From Owenia fusiformis (Eukaryota), in the NCBI GenBank assembly GCA_903813345.2, contig CAIIXF020000001.1:32612056-32676000 (forward strand): 63,945 nucleotides of DNA, in the 5' to 3' direction. Below are positions 26,809 through 38,605 of the stretch, piece after piece; within the stretch, counting starts at the first letter, position 1, and each line of letters begins with the position of its first letter. A model generated the notes under the pieces. It did not search any database, was not told the origin of the DNA, and saw nothing but the letters and a program-made list of their open reading frames with translations. Position numbers and translations under genes: made by a program.

Positions 26809-27915
26809 GCATTAATAATGAAATACACAGCAAACAGGCCTGTTCTTGCAAAGAACGAGAAATATGAAATGGCATGACAAAACTATTGAACTTATGTGGT
26901 GATTACCTGTTTCTGTGCACATGCATGGGAATTTCAGGGGCAGCTGGTTGTCATCCATGTTTATGGTGCAACATAAAATCGGAAAATCTAGAAGTACCGC
27001 AGAACATGCGAGGAAAGCCTCCATGCAGAACATTAGATAAAATGTCAACTGACTACAAAAAGTTCTCTACTGAATCTAAAGGTAAATTGAGTAATGCAAA
27101 ACTGCACAATAATGTGATTAACAAGCCTCTACTCCATATAGAGATTTACATGTCCTGCTAAGTGTTGTGAAAAACACCATGACCACCTCCTGTCATTATG
27201 CCAGACTTGACCCCCTAATAGCTGATAACATTGCCAGTGGAAACAGATTAATTATGGAAAGGGCAGACACACCATATGGCAAATATATCATAGAGACTGG
27301 AAAAAAATTGAGAGACAAGTTAAATTTTATAAGAAACACACAACAGAGAAGATTAAAAACAGAAATTAAAGAAAGGGTAGCAAAAAATACATTACATGAA
27401 GAATCTGGCACTGTGGCAGGAAGTCTAGATGAAACTTTAAAAAAAGCACCATATAAACAGAGCCCCATATCACGGCAAGTCATTCGTTGGAAATCACTGC
27501 CATAAGTATTTGGACCCCACAGTGTACAATGATGTGTGTTAAAGTGTTGTCAGGGCTTCAAAGAAAAAATGCAAGGGACTAAAAAATGAACACAAAATTA
27601 TCAAGAAAGCAGAAAAAATTCGAGGCTACAAGCTGTAAATGAAAAATTTTCTTCTGTTAAAAAAATGATTTCCCATATGAATTATATAGATGGATCAGGC
27701 ACATCAAATATCCATAGATGACTATTTAGATGATTACAGAGTTTGCTTCCCGAAAGCAAATATCATCGTAAAACAACATCTACTAGAAGACCACATGGTT
27801 GACTGGATAACAAAGGCGGTATGGCTCTCATGGGTGATCTAAATAGACTCGTAGCAACCATGACAGAACATTTTTTAAGCTGCCAACCAGAACTATTAAT
27901 TTTGTCAAAAAACTT
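26809..27915 (+). pseudogene. Decayed RAG1/Transib/Chapaev-related DDE transposase
   Basis: After a ttcttgtag acceptor: MKWHDKTIEL/GDYLFLCTCMGISGAAGCHPCLWC...RTLDKM...NAKLHNNVINKPLL/HVLLSVVK/LDETLKK/HHINRAPYHGKSFVGNHCHKYL/FPKANIIVKQHLLEDHMVDWI/GMALMG. Several frameshifts; the expected catalytic-Glu segment appears deleted. Confidence 0.72.
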
Positions 27916-30285
27916 CTGAATGAATTATAAGTACATTTTAGTTTATATTTATCATACTATGGTTGTATAAATCAATTAATAGAAATCTGTAGAAGAGATA
28001 TATCCAAGGTGTTACCATGTGAAGAAGGGGAACAGTATATGATCAAAAATTTGGAGACGTCCAAATATCTTAACGGTCCAGTTTATCTCCTGGGGACTTC
28101 AGAGACTTCAAAAGAATAGAATAGAATAGTAAGTATATTTAATAATAATGTAACAAATCTTTCCAGATGCTGTAAAGGGGGTCAATTTCAGCATTCAGTC
28201 CATGGCCTGACAGTGCATATCTATTAAATGGATGAAACTAATCAATCATTTGAACTCACCCCAGTTAGTATTTGGGTAGTAAAGGGGTGGAAGAATGTTG
28301 CGGGGTGGGTTTCTCACAGCTAATTGACACTTTTGCAAACCTAAAGAATTGGAAAGCACAAAGAAAACACAACATAATCCCAGTTTAAGTAAGGCAGCAG
28401 AAGCAGCAAAGTATTTCAAAAATTGGAACGATTCAGAAAAATGAGGAAGGTCCCCATTCAAGTCAGTTGTACACCTTCAGGAAGATACCAGATTCTGGAA
28501 GATGGGGATTTATCTCCTAGTTAACTCAACCAAAAGCTATCACTAGAAGTGTCATGGAACAAAAAAATCTGAACAGTTCGGTTCTCTAGTCATTTGCAAC
28601 AAAACTACTTAATTTTGCTAGTCTATAAACAATGACTGGATATCTAGCTTAGAACGTTAACAAAAAAGTGTTCAGGCAATATGTGGCATTATTGTGAAGG
28701 TCAAATGCCCTCATACAGGTAGAAATGACATCATAACATTATTCAAACAGGTGTAACAGGTAGCTTCGTTAGAAAATGCTTAGTTGGCGGTTGGCGGTTT
28801 GCGCATGCGCGTAATAAAGAGCACATTCATCATTTTGTATTAAATGATGTAACAATGTAACTATTAATGAGCAAAACATTATCACATGCCCATGTGCATC
28901 CTTCAAAACTAGGAGTGTATGCGCACATGCACTAGCTTAAGCTTCAAAACAGAAATCCTTGGCTAAGCAAGTGAAATTTTGCAATAGCAAGAATAAGACA
29001 GGGCCTTCCCTAAGTAAACTAGATGAGGTCTTCACCAGAATCAGATTTTTTTTCCAAATTCACACAGATGATAGAGTATATCAATTTCTAGAGATGATTA
29101 ACTTTTGGGTGGCCATCTTGTTTTCCGGTGGTCATTTTAAAGTTTTTTTGATGGTGTTATCTTGTTCATGTCGTGGGACTTTTGTTAGTTGGAATTTGCG
29201 CTCTATTGATTTGTAATTTTCAAATAAAAACATAGCCTACTTATGTCTTTCCAGCTTATTTATAAGCATCTTCCTCAAGTGAGGGTCTTGTCATCAAAAG
29301 AGAGGGGTGAAGCTGTTGGCCTCTTCAAGCTTGGAGCCAACAAAAAAACTAGTCCAGCAACACATTCAGGAACAAAGCAGCAAGAATGTTACGTTAAAAG
29401 ACCTTTCAAACAGTGCCCAGGCTAGTAAGAGTGGTGAATCGAGGATGTGTATATATGTTCTCATAGTTCAAGGTATATGCTAGTAGGCAGGTTAGAAAAT
29501 GATGATTTGGAGTGCCTGCGAAGTATCATTCAAGACTACGAGGTGACAAACATGGGGCGCAGCTTTCCAGAGATGGTAACTTATTTAAGAATATGTACAT
29601 TGTTTTGCAATTAAGAAAAAAATGCATTTTAATTAAAAATGTAGACTAGTAATTGTGTTACTTTTTTCTTTTGATGAGATAAATGAATTGCCACAATTAA
29701 TTCTATAGCTTACATGTTCATTGAAGTAATCTAACTTAATTATTAATTATTAAACAAAATTACTTTTAGGGTATGATTCCAAAAGCACCACAATTATTTT
29801 GATGTTGGAATTTTTATCAGCGCTTTGATAAGCAATGAGCTATGGTATGAGAAACTGTGGAAAATATACAGATTGTGACTTTCTCATCTTACTGTATCCT
29901 TTTTCAGAAGTCAACTCATCCTTCAACACAGAGCAATAAAGAAGACCTTTTTGGATTTGAAGATATTGATGATGATTCTGATAAGGGTCAAGCAGAGGAC
30001 AACGGCATCTCCTGAATCTACAGCTACTATTGTTAAGGTAAATAATTGTTCATGATTAATTTGTTTCCACTTAACTATTGTAGTTATAACATCTGACTTT
30101 TATTAGATCTAGGACTATTTGAGATGATATAATGTGCAACATCTTGTACTTAAAGGAGTTTAAACCAAATTACTTTTAAGGGCATGATTCCAAATGCACC
30201 ACACTTGTGATGACTTTTTCTCATCTTAATCACTATATCCTTTTTCAGAAGGGGGGGGGGGGGCGTGGTGGGAAAAGATGAAATA

Positions 30286-30690
30286 TTATCTTATGTATTA
30301 GCGAAAAGCCAAAGATTTCCAACGGCCTGCTTTTTGGATAGTGTAATCATCTAGACCCGCATTAGCCATAAAAGAAGCCCCCCCAATTTGAATGCTATGA
30401 GATTTAAAAGTAGAAGAGTCTAGATTGCATGCAGTTAGTAATTGCTTGAGGATCTTTCCGAAGGCGGGAGATGCTACTGGTTTCCCAGAAAGTAAAAAGA
30501 GGGGCCCTTCATTAGAACCCCGGAGCTGTAAATAGGAGATTGCTTCCTGACCATGATCTTAGTGGGGCCCTGGCTATGTTTGAAATGCTGGAATACTATC
30601 ACAAACAAATCCTGCGATAAATTTTGAATGTCGTGGACCTGGAGGGTATGACCTGTTGTGGTGGCTGTCATCTCTTTTTGAATCTACCTT
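30286..30690 (-). pseudogene. Tyrosine recombinase C-terminus of a DIRS/Ngaro-type retrotransposon
   Basis: Minus strand reads GPLFLLSGKP...FKSHSIQIGGASFMANAGLDDYTIQKAGRWKSLAFR*YIR*, i.e. HSxRIG and GRWxSxAxxxYIR motifs. Upstream HTLQ..FKHS. Confidence 0.82.
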
Positions 30691-31885
30691 GGCTTCGCCA
30701 TTTTACTTTCAGTAAACCTTCACAAATCAGTTAACATCGACCCTATTACAGCTCTACTTTATTCAATCTTCGTGTCAATTTTAACATAAGGTCTTGGTTT
30801 TAATTTTGGGTCATTTTCATTCTCAACTTTTAGGCAGTTTTAATGTTTCAGCAGTTTAAAAGTTTTGCCGCCACTTTGGCCCTGTCGTCTGCCTTTTTTC
30901 GTTCCAATTTTTTCTTTATTCAAGGGTCAAGTCTATATATATATATATATTGTTAAAACATTTCTTGTGGTCTTGCCTTACGTCACACTGGCAATACCTT
31001 TTACTTCAGCATTATGCCTATAATTTCATAGAATTTTTTCTTTTCCTTTAAATTTTTATTCATCCTATGTGTTATTACCAAAGACCAAAGATTATTTATT
31101 TTACTTTTGTATTTTTTCAGTTGGTTATACAGTTCACTTGAGCTTTAGGGCTATAGCGAATACCCTCCAATTGCTTCTCTCCAATTGCTTCACACAGTTC
31201 CTTATACTGTTAGGTGGGTAGCTATGCAGTTTTTATTAGTAAATTTTGCGAGTCTAACTTCCGATTGTACAGCAGTTTACACTGAGAGCTTGTTCTCAAT
31301 TTTGATGGTATGAGCAGTTAACACGGAATGTTTTGTATCAGTTCCGTTATCTGCCTTTCTGGTAGTCATAATGTCTTTCAACATTTTACTGGGAGTTTGA
31401 GATACCTTAGCATGAATTATATATTCATTTCAGATGACACTATTGCTGGCCTGACCAGTCGACATTTACAGTTTCAAGCCCATCAGGAGTCCTCAAGGTG
31501 AGCATATTGGCTGTTTGGGCTCTTTGCAGCTATTGCAGTTTCAGTTTTACAGTTAGTTTCACAGTTACACAATCTTTATGTCATTGAGTTACAGTTGCTA
31601 AGCAACACATTTACAACATTGGGCCAAGTAGACATGCTTCTTATTAGCGGTAGTTTATGACAGCTTTTACTAGGCTATTCACTCTTTTTATTATTAGGAG
31701 CCCTTGCCAGTAGAAGTGCCTTCCGGCCCCGTAGCAGCTATCGTGGGAAGTACATATCATCCCGCTGTGGTTTAAGTAGTAGAGGTGAGTACATTCTCGG
31801 GGGCTCTTCAGCCATACCTGGCTGTTAACCATCTACTTTGCAGTTTAACAGCTTAACCCTAGCGGTTTCATTTGGGGTTTTTCAG

Positions 31886-32334
31886 GGCTTTGTATAAAAA
31901 ACCTCCTACCTCATACCCACCTACCCACGTACGTGGGACATGATATAGTCTTTGAAGGGTTCAATTTTAAAGATCTTAGGTTTATTAAATCTTAGTTTAT
32001 GATGAATTATAGATGCATTTGTAACGACCCTTGATAGCAAGTTGCTACTACATCCCAGCTGGGTTCGATTCCCACAATTTAGCACACTTTTTCAAATTCT
32101 TTATTCCCCTGGGGCGCCCTCGGGTCATTACACATTAAAATGCATCCATATATGCCTTTATTTATGGATCTGTCATCTGCCTAGTCATAAAATATAGCCG
32201 GAATTGTAGAAATGTTAATAGTTTGAGCTATTTTGAGATTTAATAATCTATAAAATTGAACCCTTCAATGACTGTATCATGTTCCATGTAGGTGGATAGG
32301 TGGGTATGAGGTAGGAGGTTTTTTATACAAGGCC
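31886..32334. mobile_element. MITE with ~100-bp TIRs, Mutator-like
   Basis: GGCTTTGTATAAAAAACCTCCTACCTCATACCCACC... mirrored by ...GGTGGGTATGAGGTAGGAGGTTTTTTATACAAGGCC. Flanks GTTTTTCAG / TTTTTTCAG (9-bp TSD, 1 mismatch). Confidence 0.8.
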
Positions 32335-32604
32335 TTTTTTCAGCTAATGCTATATTGACTACCACGCAGATTAATCGCTCCTATAGCATTGTTCACTCGC
32401 AGTTTAACATTTAACTGCATTTAACAGATACCCCTTTGGGGTCCTTGCACGTAATTCATCTATTTGGCTCTTATCAGTCTTTGTTTTCCATTATTTCCAC
32501 TATAAACATTTTATCTTAACATGGCAATATGTATTAAAAAAAATATTAGACATGGATTATTCCACACCTCATAATTATTTCAGCAAACATATTTTAAAAA
32601 TGAG

Positions 32605-32900
32605 ACCCAATCAAGTCAGGCTATGGAGGCAGATATTTGTCTGCGGGCCTTCAGGTGAGGCTAGAAACTTTTATGAAGGAGAATTCAAAGTATAAACTCT
32701 GCAAAAACGGTTAAAATTGTGAGCACAGTTAGATGTGCGATTAGAATGCGAACAAAACAACTAGAGGAAATGCCTGACAAGAAAGGATATATCACCTAAT
32801 TATTGCGCAGAGAAATTATAAATGTCACCCGCCACATTTTTGGATACCACAGGTTGTGTGATTTGGCCTGGTGTGAATCCAAAAAAGGTAAGGAGAAATA
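32605..32900 (+). pseudogene. Kolobok/Mutator-like transposase fragment
   Basis: SQAMEADICLRAF and TVRCAIRMR...LRREIINVTRHIFGYHRLCDLAWCE (H-x3-H-x2-C-x3-WC motif). Confidence 0.55.
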
Positions 32901-33728
32901 TGTAAAAGAAATGGATTGGTCAAACAATTGTTTTCTCTGTAATGAAACAGGCTGAGGTGTCAAAAATAGCCCAACGTGGCAACGGAAAATTGGAAAAAAA
33001 TGTTAGGTTGTTTCATGCAAATGTTTTAGATGAAATTGAAGCTGAAGACCTAGAATGGGGATAACATAAGTCATTTAAAAATCTAGATTCATATTTGGTC
33101 AGCGAAATTACCGGGTTTTCTGAAAATATACACATGGAAAGATCCTGTCGGCAACATGTATAACCAAAATTATGGCATATTCTTTACTTTCTTTACTGTC
33201 ACAAATTTTAGAATTTTTCAAATTATTTTTTTAAATAAGTTAGTGTCGTGACGATACGGTAGCTTCACAGTTAGATTAGACCAGTTTATTAGATGTATTT
33301 ATATATTCCTTACTTACCACCAGTGATTTATCTTTATAGATTTGAGCCATTTTCTCAATTATTTGAAAACTTTTGAATATTTTTATGGAGGCCGCCATCT
33401 TGCTTTTACGTCATCAGAAAGTTACTTTCGTTGTTAAAATTCAAAAACATGTGAAGAAAATTCACCCAAAAACCTACAGGTTAGTGTTTAGTTTGTACAA
33501 TGCAATTAGTATCTTTATATTGATTAGTATCTAGCGGTTCTTTTCAGCTAGTTTATAATGTAACTCAAGGCTTAACCACGTCAAAATCTAGTGTTTAAGG
33601 TTAGATTAAACTGTTTGAAAGTTTTGTGACATTTCGTCACGATCATGAGCACGATCTTTTCAATCATCAATTTCTCGTTTAATTTGTCATTTATAGTTGT
33701 ATATTTGTATTTTCAGGTGTTATTAAGC

Positions 33729-33950
33729 ATGTTTTTCTATTGTTAACTTGAGAAACTTTGCCATTTTTCGAAATCAAGAAACTTATGTTTTTCTATTGTT
33801 AACTTGAGAAACTTTGCCATTTTCGAGATCAAGAAACTTATGTTTTTCTATTGTTAACTTGAGAAACTTTGCCATTTTTGAGATCGAGAAACTTACATTG
33901 TTCTTTTCATAATTTAGTTAACTTGAGAAACTTAGCCATTTTTAGATCAA
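33729..33950. repeat. ~55-56-bp tandem repeat (3 good units plus 1 degenerate)
   Basis: ATGTTTTTCTATTGTTAACTTGAGAAACTTTGCCATTTT... starts at 33729, 33785 and 33840. Confidence 0.9.
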
Positions 33951-33971
33951 TTATTTTTCATCAATTTGTTG

Positions 33972-34102
33972 ACCGAAGAAATACTGCTGGACTGAGGAAC
34001 TTTGCCATTTCCAGACAAAGTTCATAATATTCCAGCCTGACTGAAGAAATACTGCTGGACTGAGGAACTTTGTCACTTCCAGACAAAGTTCATAATATTC
34101 CA
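33972..34102. repeat. 69-bp tandem repeat, left part (split by the LINE insertion)
   Basis: Two units of GAAGAAATACTGCTGGACTGAGGAACTTTG...CATAATATTCCA, same family as 42896-43456. Confidence 0.9.
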
Positions 34103-36536
34103 TTTTACAAGTTCTTTTGGCAGGATGTTAGTTTGTATGTTATAAATGCTATAAATGAATCCTATGAAACTGGCATACTGCCACCATCTTTTAGAAAAAT
34201 TATAATTAGTTTACTTTTTAAAAAAGGAGATAGGGAACTTTTGAAAAACTTTAGACCTATCTCACTCTCTAATACAGACTACAAGATACTAGCTTTTATT
34301 TTGGCAAAGCGAATGCAAAAAGTAATTGCAAAAATAATTGGGTCTCAGCAGACTGCCTATATAAATAATCGTTTTATTGGAAATAGTTGTCGACTTACGC
34401 TTGATATTTATGAATATGCTGAAAATTATGAAAAAGAGGGCGCTATTTTATTCATTGATTTTAAAAAATCTTTTGATAGTATCGAGTGGAATTTCATCTT
34501 TGAAACATTCAAAAAATTCAATTTTCCTGAACAGTTTATTAAGTGGATAAAAATACTCTATGTAAAACCAATGGTAACTATAAAACAAAATGGATGGTTT
34601 TCTGAAAATATACACATGCAAAGATCCTGTCGGCAAGGCTGTCCAGTATCTGCTTTGGCATTTATTATGTGCACAGAGGTCCTTGCACTTAAAATAAAAC
34701 AGAATATTAACATAAAAGGCATTGAAATAAACAATAATGAATATAAACTCTCTCAATATGCAGATGATGCTAATTTATTTTTAAAAGACAAAGATTCAAT
34801 ATTGCAAGCAATTCAAACGATTCAATCATTCTCTTATGTTTCTGGATTAGAACTAAATATAGACAAAACTGAAGGAATTTGGTTAGGGAGAAGTAAAGTG
34901 AATGAAAATAACTTTGCAAATATAAAATTTAGCAAATTAGAAAAAGGTGGACTTAACATGATAGACTTTGAATCTCAATTGCATGCTCTAAAAGCTGCTT
35001 GGATTCCAAGGTTATATGATAAAAACAAATGATGAATAAAATACCATATCTCTATTTTGATAATATTGTAAATGATTTTGATGTATTATTGAAAATGAAT
35101 AGTTTTGATTTGCAATACTTTCAGAAAATACCAATTTTTTATCAGCAAGTATTATGTGCTCATGCCAAATGTAAAGACAAAAAAAATCTTGAAAATATGA
35201 AAACATGTGATATCCTGCAAGAGACTATATGGGGCAATAGTTTGTTTACTGTAAACAAAAAAACTCTGTATTTTAGAAATTGGATTGAAAGTGGTATTGT
35301 CTATGTAACGGATCTAATAATAGAGGATACATTTAATGATATCAACCACATTTTTCAAAAGTTACAGGAAAAACAAAATTGGATTTCTGAATTTTATCAA
35401 GTTAACTCAAGTATGAATATTGCAAGAGGTTTTATTGATGTCAATAAAGCAAAATACACTAACATTCCAAATTACAGATTGAAAGCAAATAATGTTTTAT
35501 TCCAAATTAGAGATCAAAAATCAAAATTCTTTTATGAAATTTTGAAAAATAAGCAATCTGAAAAATGGTTCATGAAAAAGAAATGGGAACGTGAATTTTG
35601 CTTCTTAAATAATGAAACCTTCGATGAAATAAATTGGGAAAACTTTTTTTTTACAAGGATAAAATGTAAAGAAAAGAAGATAGCTAATTTCAACTATAAG
35701 ATTATAAACAACATCCTTCCTAGTCTAAATGACTTACATTTATATGGAAAAAGTGAAACATATAATTGCAGTTTGTGCGGAGAAGTATGTACATTAAAAC
35801 ATTTGCTTTTCACATGTACACTCTCCCAAAATGTTTGGAAATATATCTTTAATATATCAGGTTTAAAAATAACATATAGAAAGTTGATAATAGGCTATAA
35901 TGGAAATGACAACCAGACTGCATTTTTGAACTATTTTATTCAAAATGGCTGCCACTGGGAGAAGGCTTACATAATTTGCTCCTCAGATTATCAAACTTTT
36001 CATCATTTTCAATTGTTAAATAGATATTCTAAGTGGAACTGTATTGTAAATAAACATAGAGAGGATGTTTTGGATCAGTTTATTTAGACTTTAAAGGATT
36101 ATTACACAGGATATATTCAAACAAAAGGATCTTGAAAACAAAGGAGATAAACTTGAAACTAGGTCAACAGACTTTCTAGACTTCACATGTAAATTTCACA
36201 TGTTTAAGCTGTTATTTAGCCATAAAATAAGTCAAGTTAAAGAAACCAGAATTTTAAGAAACATCATACATTTGGATATTTTATGAAAATAGATGAATTA
36301 ATAATATAAACCAAGATTTAAAGAGTAATTTCAAACTAAATTTTAGTGGGAGTAAATGGAATAGCTTAAATTAACCATTGTTTATTAATATAGATTAACA
36401 CTGACAATTAATGGAACAGCCAAAACAAATCATTGTTTATAAACATGGATTAATCTAGAAACTGACAGTGCACTGATAATTGGATTATAATTCTAATGCA
36501 GTTTATATTTGTTACTTAACTATTAACTGTCAAACC

Positions 36537-38561
36537 ATGGCTAAAGAGAAACATGAACATTCTCTGCGCAGTTGCATTAAACCAACTTTTAGCTCACCAT
36601 CGAAAAAAGGAAAAGAGAAAAAGAACACTAGAAGACAGAATATAAAAACACTGAAAAAGAACCCTGAAATTCTTCACGAAAATTATGAATACCATGATCT
36701 CAACAACACTGGTGTGATCACCATAGATGTGGATTACAAAAGGTTGTGTTTTTACACAGAACGTCCGTACTTGTGGATAGATGCTTTAACTGCATTTTAC
36801 AGAAACAAAGGTATGAAAGCCTCAACCGCACGCCAAACAAATGGCACAACTGTAACTGTTGCAGATCATGTCACAATAGAAGTAAATGATTCGGGAGTCA
36901 TAGGTGTAACAGGTGACGCACTAGAGGACTGGCGGGAAAATGATTTCCAGTTAATCAAAGGAACTATCGCCCCTTTGATCCCAATGCCAGTGTCAACACC
37001 CTCAAGGATTGACCCACCATCATCATCATCTACACCCCTTACAACCCGTTCAATGGATTATCAATCCCAAGATATTATACCCCCTACTCAATCCCAAAGT
37101 ATTCCATCAGAGAACATTACTGTCATCACGGACACACAGGAACCATCTATCGGGCCTAATACCAGTGCTATAGATATGGAGGACAGTCAAATGCTCTTTA
37201 GCAACATGTCATCCACACTCTCAGGATCTGATCCAGACATGTCTCAATCACTGCTCCGGCCAAATCATAATAAAACAACTGATGAAACTGTAGAGACTAT
37301 CACCCTAAAGGACACACAGCCTTCTAGCAATGATCTGAATACAACCCCCTCCCAGCCAACAACAGGTGATTTACACATGACAGAAACACAGACAGACACA
37401 CCCGAGCCACCATCCCCACCCCCAGTTTTGTGTCACTGTGCAAAGGCTCCTACTATATCATATGAAGGAGAAAACAAAAAACTCAGAAGTAAAATCATCC
37501 AACAAGCTGCCAAAATAGATGATCTCCTACAGCGTGTAGAAGTAAATGAACTTCAGAGGAAGGATGAAGCAGAAAAACAACAGTTACTCTTTGACAGTAG
37601 AGTCAGAGACCTTGGCAATGAACTCTCAACAGTTAGAAATGAGCTTAGGATCAAAGAAAAGGAATTTTCTGGATTACAGGCTGATCTCAAAACAACCTTT
37701 AACAAAAACCTTGTGTTAATGGCAAAGCTGGAGAAACATGAAAAACAAAGACACAATGCATCCCTACCACAAAGCTTAAATGAGAACTCTACTAAAACCA
37801 CAGCCAAACAACAGTCAGCAACAAAACAACAAAAAGCAATACCAACACCCAAGAGACCTATAACACCTCCTTCAACTACATCACCTGCTACAAAGGTGCA
37901 AGGGAAGGCATCATCGCCACCCCCACCCCCTCCCCCTCCCACAGTGCATATTATGTACAGCTCAAATGGGAAAAAACTTGCTGGTATAATGAAAGGCAAG
38001 GAAAGCAGAATCAAGGTGACATCTTCAGTGTACAGTGGAGCCCGAGTAGAAGATGCCACCCATGTGATACAAAATGGAGACATACCAACTTCTACAGATT
38101 ATAAAATCCTAGGATTTGGAACAAACAACGTTCAAACTGATACCCCACAAGAGATTATCTATGGACTTAAAAATCTCATACAGACTGCACGAAACCGCCA
38201 CAAAACATCAAAACTCATCCTTGCTGGACTACACCATAGAGGTGATTCTAATTCTGATGAACAGATTTACAAGATGAACCGTAACATTGATCAGATTAAC
38301 TGTGCAATGGAAGCGTTTTGCCATCAACAACATGTCGGTTTCATTGACATCAACAAGATCAATAGATCAACTGCCAACCACCCAAACTTTAGTGTTCTCT
38401 TTGGAGATAGATTGCATTTCAACTTCCGGGGTAGAGACAGCATGGTGAATGCAATGATTTCAACCATGAAGAATGGACTTTCAACAGGCTTGAGGACTTA
38501 TTCCTCAGTCCTAGCTGAAAGGGTAAACCCTTACAATTCTCGATACATCCCCAAGTTTTAA
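36537..38561 (+). CDS. LINE ORF1: low-complexity linker, coiled coil, C-terminal SGNH/GDSL esterase-like domain
   Basis: Uninterrupted ORF from the ATG at 36537. Coiled-coil-like ENKKLRSKI...LMAKLEK; SGNH-like blocks YSGARV, GFGTNN, DRLHFNFRG. Confidence 0.85.
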   Translation: MAKEKHEHSLRSCIKPTFSSPSKKGKEKKNTRRQNIKTLKKNPEILHENYEYHDLNNTGVITIDVDYKRLCFYTERPYLWIDALTAFYRNKGMKASTARQTNGTTVTVADHVTIEVNDSGVIGVTGDALEDWRENDFQLIKGTIAPLIPMPVSTPSRIDPPSSSSTPLTTRSMDYQSQDIIPPTQSQSIPSENITVITDTQEPSIGPNTSAIDMEDSQMLFSNMSSTLSGSDPDMSQSLLRPNHNKTTDETVETITLKDTQPSSNDLNTTPSQPTTGDLHMTETQTDTPEPPSPPPVLCHCAKAPTISYEGENKKLRSKIIQQAAKIDDLLQRVEVNELQRKDEAEKQQLLFDSRVRDLGNELSTVRNELRIKEKEFSGLQADLKTTFNKNLVLMAKLEKHEKQRHNASLPQSLNENSTKTTAKQQSATKQQKAIPTPKRPITPPSTTSPATKVQGKASSPPPPPPPPTVHIMYSSNGKKLAGIMKGKESRIKVTSSVYSGARVEDATHVIQNGDIPTSTDYKILGFGTNNVQTDTPQEIIYGLKNLIQTARNRHKTSKLILAGLHHRGDSNSDEQIYKMNRNIDQINCAMEAFCHQQHVGFIDINKINRSTANHPNFSVLFGDRLHFNFRGRDSMVNAMISTMKNGLSTGLRTYSSVLAERVNPYNSRYIPKF

Positions 38562-38605
38562 ACAGTGATCAGTGTGATTGCATCCATGATACTATTTTGG
38601 ATACT

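Noticed and set aside
28680..29350. IVKVKCPH (YqaJ-like) and LSSKERGEAVGLFKLG (Tc1 HTH-like) snippets
   Set aside because: Too short to support as features, though both are on the + strand like their neighbours.
32045..32080. GGGTTCGATTCCC B-box as a tRNA gene
   Set aside because: No cloverleaf, A-box or acceptor stem; at most a SINE/tRNA scrap inside a MITE.
37553..38083. 176-aa minus-strand ORF
   Set aside because: Antisense shadow of LINE ORF1.
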